DNA of 12,990 nucleotides, from the NCBI GenBank assembly GCA_019056785.1, contig DXJV01000070.1, positions 1-12,990 on the forward strand, read 5' to 3'. The notes beneath the pieces are model-generated. The model saw only the letters and a program-made list of their open reading frames with translations, searched no databases and had not been told where the DNA came from. Source of the stretch: Candidatus Heimdallarchaeota archaeon (GTDB lineage Archaea; Asgardarchaeota; Heimdallarchaeia; JABLTI01). The position numbers were made by a program, and so were the translations under genes. Positions within the stretch are counted from its first letter, which is position 1. Each line of letters begins with the position of its first letter. Of the stretch, positions 8,740 through 12,990 are shown piece by piece.

Positions 8740-10023
8740 TCATGAGGGCAATCGTTCGCCTTCAGAAATATCTTCCATGAGCAGGCCGGAAATCATTTTA
8801 GGATAAAAATCGGTGGACTTTTGTGGCATTCGTTCGCCCTTCTTGGCTGCCTCTAACACCTGGTCTGCTTTGGTGGGATTCATAATCACTGCAAGCGTTG
8901 CTTCGCCGCTGTCGACTTTTGCGAGGGCGTCCTTCAACCAGCGAATATAGAAAATATCTTCATCAATATGAAGCTGTTCGGCTTTGAGGATGCCTTTGAA
9001 AAGAACCTCGCTCACAATAACAACGTCAAGAGTCTTATAGCTATCAGCGTGCTCTTCTTTTAAGAACTGGTCAACAACAGCCAGGTCCTTTAAAATAATA
9101 CCAAAAGCTTTCCCGTCGGTGTAGATAACAAAAGCATGTTGTGGGTGTTGGAGCATAAACTGTTCGATATCCTCTTTAGGAATTTCTTGAACAGTGAAAT
9201 ATTTTTTGATCTCATCCCAATGAGCAGGGGTAAGGCGATGTTTGGCAAGTACACGGTGAGTGGGGAGAATAATAAGCCCTTCATCTTGGACAGGAACTAA
9301 AAGCGTCATGCGAAAGTTGGCAGCATCGTCCTCGGTCCAGTTCTTGCGGGTCTTTCGGAGCTCATCACGATAGCCGCAAGCTGTTTCATACCGGTGATGG
9401 CCATCAGCAATGACCACCTGCCCGGGAGGGGCGGCTAAAACTTCCTGAATGGCTTTAATGAGCTTCGGGTCCTCAATCTTCCAAATGCGATTGCGAACGC
9501 CAAGGTCATCAATAACATCCATGTCAGGTTCTCGCTTCGCAACCTCGTCAAAAATTTGAATGGTCTTCTTTTCAGGGTCGTTATAGAGCATGAAGCCGGG
9601 TTCGAGGAATTTTTGCGTGGCCTTCAACATGTTTAAGCGGTCAATTTTAGGGCCTTTATGCGTCCATTCATGCGGTAGGACAATGCCCTCATCAAAGTGA
9701 TGAAGCTTGACAGCAGCAAAAAAACCCTTCCGGGTATACTGACGATTGTTGAGCTCGAAGTCCTGGAAATAGACATAAAAGCCAGGGTTAGCATCTTTAA
9801 CAAAGATGTTGTCTTTAAACCACTGCTCAAGCCGTTGCTTCGAAATCTCATACCGGTTGTCTTCTTTCGGGAGGGTCAGTTTACAATAGTTAAAGTCCGA
9901 CCTGGCATAATACTTATCCTGCATGTCGGGGGTGATCTTGTCATACGGCTGGGCAACAAGATCCTCGAGGTTGCCGGCCTTGGCGGTATAGCGAATTGCC
10001 CTAAAGGGTCTGATTTCTACCAT
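8740..10023 (-). CDS. DUF1015 family protein (ParB/sulfiredoxin-like DGHHR motif)
   Basis: N-terminal IRPFRAIRY, PYDKI, PHEWT, IADGHHRYETA, PTHR and C-terminal MPQKSTDFYPK, all recognisable DUF1015 motifs. Confidence 0.9.
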   Translation of the reverse strand: MVEIRPFRAIRYTAKAGNLEDLVAQPYDKITPDMQDKYYARSDFNYCKLTLPKEDNRYEISKQRLEQWFKDNIFVKDANPGFYVYFQDFELNNRQYTRKGFFAAVKLHHFDEGIVLPHEWTHKGPKIDRLNMLKATQKFLEPGFMLYNDPEKKTIQIFDEVAKREPDMDVIDDLGVRNRIWKIEDPKLIKAIQEVLAAPPGQVVIADGHHRYETACGYRDELRKTRKNWTEDDAANFRMTLLVPVQDEGLIILPTHRVLAKHRLTPAHWDEIKKYFTVQEIPKEDIEQFMLQHPQHAFVIYTDGKAFGIILKDLAVVDQFLKEEHADSYKTLDVVIVSEVLFKGILKAEQLHIDEDIFYIRWLKDALAKVDSGEATLAVIMNPTKADQVLEAAKKGERMPQKSTDFYPKMISGLLMEDISEGERLPS

Positions 10024-10071
10024 GAATTATCCATCCTTCTTTTTTTGAATCATGAAATACTAAAATAGGAT

Positions 10072-10106
10072 AAAAAAAAGCTAAAGAGGGGTGAGCACTC
10101 TTTAGC
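10072..10106 (-). terminator. Hairpin + T8 terminator/attenuator between serA and DUF1015
   Basis: Perfect 9-bp stem GCTAAAGAG(10080-88)/CTCTTTAGC(10098-106); on the minus strand it is followed immediately by T8 (10072-79). Confidence 0.7.
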
Positions 10107-10135
10107 CTTTTCAAATGTTCAACAGTAGAACGCTA

Positions 10136-11047
10136 TTAAAGCTTTTGCAATTCTTCGATGACCGCTTCGGCAACCTGCACGCCAGCGCGCTCCTGCCCTT
10201 CCTTGGTCTGGGCGCCAATGTGGGGAGTGCCGATAACCTGGTCAAGCGCGAGCAGTTTCTTGGAATATTCGTACGCAATGGGCTCCTCCTCCCAGACGTC
10301 AAGCGCAGCACCGGCAACTTTGCCACTAACAATGCCTTCGTAGAGAGCTTTCTCGTCGATGGTACCACCACGGGCACAGTTGATGATATAGACACCGTCT
10401 TTCATCTGGCTGATGGCTTCGGCGTTAATGATGTGCTTGGTGCTGGGGAGAAGGGGAAGATGCAAGGAAATAAAGTCAGCATTAGCAAAGACTTCAGGCA
10501 TCTCAACTTGAGAAATACACGCTTCAGTGATCTTGACGACATCACAGCCAATGACCTTCATACCAAGAGCAGCACATTTACGAGCAAGGGCAGAACCAAT
10601 GCGACCACAACCAACAATACCTAAAGTCTTGCCGGCAATTTCAATGCCTTTGAGCTTCTTCTTGGCCCACTCGCCACTCTTGAGAGAAGCAGTGCCGCGA
10701 ACAATAGGACGGGCAAGAGCGAGAAGAAAACTGAGGGCAAGTTCAGCAACGGATTCAGTGGTGGCACGAGGAGTGTTGCGGACAACAATGCCACGTTCCT
10801 CGCAGGCCTTCAGGTCGACATTGTCAAGACCAATGCCAGCACGACCAACAACCTTGAGGTTCTTGGCAGCAGCAAGAAGCTCGCCCTTCAACTTCGTAGC
10901 AGAACGAATGACAATGGCATCAAAGTCACCAATAATGCCGGGCAAATCCGCTTTGGGAACATCCCAGGCAATTTTGACCTCATAGCCGGCCTCTTGCAGC
11001 AAAGCAACGCCCTTGTCAGCAATTTTGTCAGTAATAATGACCTTCAT
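10136..11047 (-). CDS. serA: D-3-phosphoglycerate dehydrogenase, short form lacking ACT/ASB domains (D-2-hydroxyacid dehydrogenase family)
   Basis: GRAGIGLDNVD, Rossmann GIVGCGRIG, INCARGGTIDE, TPHIGAQTKEGQ; 303 aa, ending right after the catalytic domains. The family is certain; substrate is inferred from motifs and context. Confidence 0.82.
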   Translation of the reverse strand: MKVIITDKIADKGVALLQEAGYEVKIAWDVPKADLPGIIGDFDAIVIRSATKLKGELLAAAKNLKVVGRAGIGLDNVDLKACEERGIVVRNTPRATTESVAELALSFLLALARPIVRGTASLKSGEWAKKKLKGIEIAGKTLGIVGCGRIGSALARKCAALGMKVIGCDVVKITEACISQVEMPEVFANADFISLHLPLLPSTKHIINAEAISQMKDGVYIINCARGGTIDEKALYEGIVSGKVAGAALDVWEEEPIAYEYSKKLLALDQVIGTPHIGAQTKEGQERAGVQVAEAVIEELQKL

Positions 11048-11050
11048 GGC

Positions 11051-12130
11051 TTATAACCCCCAGATGTCTTCAATGTGCCAGCAGACTTCCTGGACATTAG
11101 CAAGCTGCCAGTCACCCATGTGACCAATGCGGAAGGTCTTCTCCTTAAGCTGCTTACCGTAGCCATTGGAGATCATAAAGCCGCGAGTGGCAAGCTCCTT
11201 GTTCAAGTCAGCAATGCTCTTACCAAGAGTATTCTTAATGGTAGAAACAGTGACAGACTCATAGCCCTTCTCAGGAAACATCTCGAAATGTTTGTTGGCC
11301 CAAGCACGAGTCCACTGAGCCATAGAAAGGTGACGCTGATAACGACCCTCCTGGGTCTCCTCAAGCATCTTGTCTAATTGATAATCAAGAGCATAAAGCA
11401 AAGAAACATTGGGAGTGCTGGGAGTCTGCTGCTTCTTCTGATAGTAGTCGTAAATGCCCTTGAGGTCAGTGTAACGACCGCGATGGGGAACATCAGCAGC
11501 ACGCTCAAGAGCATGCTCAGAAACAAAGCCAATAGCCAAACCAGGGGGAAGAGCAAAGCACTTCTGAGTGGAAGTGAAAATAAGATCAGAACCAATCTTC
11601 TCAGGCTCAACTTTGTCACCGCCCATGGCAGAAACACTGTCAATAGCATAAATGATGTCGGGATGCTCCTTCTTAACAGCCTTGCCAATATCGTAAATGG
11701 GGTTGCGAACACCAGTGCTGGTCTCGTTATGACAGACAACAAGAGTGTCATAATCGCCAGAAGAAAGACGCTCAAGAATCATCTCAGGCGTGATAGCTTG
11801 ACCCCAGGGAACATCAAGAACATCAACAGCCTTGCCACAGTTTTGAATGGTGGCAGCATAACGCTGGGAAAAAGCACCATTAACACAACACAAAGCACGC
11901 TCCTGAACTAAAGAACGACCGGTGATGTCCATAAAAAGAGTGCCAGAGGCAGTGATAACAGCAGGCCATTGACGGGAGCCATGAAACTTCTGGAGCTTAT
12001 CAACAATGCCAACAAATAAATCAGTAAACTCCTGAGGACGATGACCAATAAGAGGTTTAGCCTGTTGAAGAAGAACATCAGGAAAAACCTCAGTAGGACC
12101 AGGAATGAATAACCGTTTGTGCAAATTCAT
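11051..12130 (-). CDS. Class V PLP aminotransferase (serine-pyruvate/alanine-glyoxylate-like; probable archaeal-type phosphoserine aminotransferase)
   Basis: LFIPGPT, HNETSTG, DSVSAMGG, TSTQKCFALPPGL (PLP lysine), TPSTP, FRIGHMG. Ends 3 nt before the serA start; SD GGAGG upstream. Confidence 0.9.
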   Translation of the reverse strand: MNLHKRLFIPGPTEVFPDVLLQQAKPLIGHRPQEFTDLFVGIVDKLQKFHGSRQWPAVITASGTLFMDITGRSLVQERALCCVNGAFSQRYAATIQNCGKAVDVLDVPWGQAITPEMILERLSSGDYDTLVVCHNETSTGVRNPIYDIGKAVKKEHPDIIYAIDSVSAMGGDKVEPEKIGSDLIFTSTQKCFALPPGLAIGFVSEHALERAADVPHRGRYTDLKGIYDYYQKKQQTPSTPNVSLLYALDYQLDKMLEETQEGRYQRHLSMAQWTRAWANKHFEMFPEKGYESVTVSTIKNTLGKSIADLNKELATRGFMISNGYGKQLKEKTFRIGHMGDWQLANVQEVCWHIEDIWGL

Positions 12131-12148
12131 TTTTCCTCCAAAGATAAT

Positions 12149-12167
12149 GCTAACAAAAGTTGTTAGC
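12149..12167. promoter_or_regulatory. Perfect 8-3-8 inverted repeat; candidate operator or 5'-UTR hairpin of the serine cluster
   Basis: GCTAACAA-AAG-TTGTTAGC, 19-37 nt upstream of the aminotransferase ATG. Confidence 0.55.
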
Positions 12168-12192
12168 CAAACTTTATCAGAGAAAAAACTAA

Positions 12193-12208
12193 CTTAAGAA
12201 GCTTTGCC
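12193..12208 (-). promoter_or_regulatory. Candidate BRE/TATA promoter for the serine cluster
   Basis: The minus strand reads GGCAAAGC-TTCTTAAG; normal archaeal spacing would put the start site near 12168. Confidence 0.35.
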
Positions 12209-12213
12209 CAAAT

Positions 12214-12364
12214 TGAAAAAAAAAAACAGAAGGAAAAAAAAAAAACCGGAAAAGAAAAAAACCAGAAAAAACTAAAAAAACAAAAGGAAAAAAAAGAAAG
12301 GAAAAGATTTTATGTAAAGAAAAACAATAACAAAGTAAAAAAGAAGATAGAAGGAAAGAAAAAA
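12214..12364 (+). repeat. Low-complexity A-rich (polypurine-biased) intergenic tract
   Basis: Many A-runs, some longer than 10 nt, and very few T apart from a TATA-like island. Confidence 0.8.
12301..12315 (+). promoter_or_regulatory. Candidate BRE/TATA promoter for the Lrp/AsnC gene
   Basis: GAAAAGA-TTTTATGT is the only T-run preserved inside an otherwise almost T-free tract, about 50 nt upstream of ATG 12365. Confidence 0.5.
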
Positions 12365-12613
<249 letters not shown>

Positions 12614-12821
12614 TTTTTCGGGCATTTTCTCTCTCTTTTTTTTTCCTGGTTTGTTTTTCTTTTATCTGTTCTTTTTTTTGTTTTTCTCTTCTTCTCTTTT
12701 TGCTTTCTTACAAATTCTTTTTTTCTTTTTTCGTTTCTGCTTTAATTTCTCTTGTTTCTTTTCAAGCTCTTTACGATCATTTCTTCTGTTGGTATTGCCC
12801 TCTTTTCTTTTCTCTCTTCTG
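12614..12821 (+). repeat. Low-complexity T/C-rich intergenic tract between convergent genes; includes the likely U-tract terminator of the Lrp gene
   Basis: About 210 nt dominated by T-runs and CT repeats, starting right after TAG 12613. Confidence 0.75.
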
Positions 12822-12824
12822 TTA

Positions 12825-12990
12825 TTACGGTTGCCGGTGTTTTCGCCGCCGCCTGATTGCCAGCGGTACGGCGGGGATTGCCAGGCCAAGGGTTGCACCG
12901 GTGGAAAGGAGCGCTGCTTTTGCGCCCTTCGAGAGCCCACCACCGCCACCGCTACCTGCGCTTGCAGGCTGGACGCGCCAAAGGCGGAAA
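12825..12990 (-). CDS. C-terminus of a probable membrane-anchored surface/secreted protein (partial; starts beyond the window; not in the ORF track)
   Basis: The minus frame from 12989 reads FRLWRVQPASAGSGGGGLSKGAKAALLSTGATLGLAIPAVPLAIRRRRKHRQP followed by tandem TAA TAA (12827-12822): Gly/Ser linker, ~21-aa hydrophobic helix, basic stop-transfer cluster. Confidence 0.72.
   Translation of the reverse strand, partial: FRLWRVQPASAGSGGGGGLSKGAKAALLSTGATLGLAIPAVPLAIRRRRKHRQP

Noticed and set aside
1451-9851. Remaining small ORFs (60-106 aa) nested in or antisense to the permease, DUF106, pyrB, pyrI, eL38 and DUF1015 genes
   Set aside because: Entirely overlapped by confident genes, with no motifs or independent translation signals.
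9697-11911. Long + strand ORFs antisense to DUF1015/serA/aminotransferase (9697-10068, 10115-10624, 10527-10985, 11075-11377, 11378-11911)
   Set aside because: Shadow frames of well-supported genes, favoured by T depletion of the + strand (few stop codons); no recognisable motifs.
12894-12912. CCGGTGGAAAGGAG resembling an archaeal ORB (TCCAGTGGAAAC..GGGG)
   Set aside because: Single degenerate copy, no G-string, lies inside a probable CDS, and no cdc6/orc1 in the window.
12829-12990. GC-rich segment with several potential helices (e.g. AGCGGT..GGCGG 12862-74 with CCGCCACCGCT 12943-53; CCTGC/GCAGG 12955-68) suggesting an ncRNA or rRNA leader
   Set aside because: No recognisable 5S/16S/23S, SRP, RNase P or tRNA motifs. 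Short helices are expected at ~67% GC, and the minus-strand Gly/Ala/Arg-rich anchor peptide with a double stop explains the composition better. An Rfam search would settle it.
12831-12990. Open + frame encoding a Cys-rich peptide (DCQRYGGDCQAKGCTGGKERCFC...CAC)
   Set aside because: All seven TGC codons are exact antisense images of GCA (Ala) codons of the minus-strand CDS; there is no ATG or SD.

Overview
Archaeal chromosomal DNA, most likely Asgard/Heimdallarchaeia-like. That placement is an inference from eL38, an EMC3/TMCO1-like Oxa1-superfamily gene, pyrBI, an HTH-less Lrp and tandem large FtsX/MacB-type permeases. On the + strand, left to right: two paralogous MacB/FtsX-type ABC permeases (the first 5'-truncated), a double-NBD ABC ATPase with an AbrB-like insert, a DUF106/EMC3/TMCO1 membrane-insertase gene, and pyrB-pyrI. 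On the - strand: ribosomal protein eL38 and a serine-biosynthesis-like cluster (class V aminotransferase, ACT-less SerA, DUF1015 with a ParB/Srx DGHHR motif, no SerB). Next is a divergent stand-alone Lrp/AsnC ligand-binding (RAM) domain gene on +. At the right edge is the 3' end of a minus-strand gene absent from the ORF track, ending in a Gly linker, a TM helix and a poly-Arg anchor. Most unusual: (i) an extreme, gene-orientation-independent A-rich/T-poor bias on the + strand from about 10.1 to 12.57 kb that ends abruptly inside the Lrp gene and is followed by a pyrimidine tract; (ii) the serC-like/serA/DUF1015 module with a divergent RAM-only protein and a perfect palindrome near the predicted start site; (iii) repeated hairpin+U-tract terminators. 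All calls are by eye; no searches were run.
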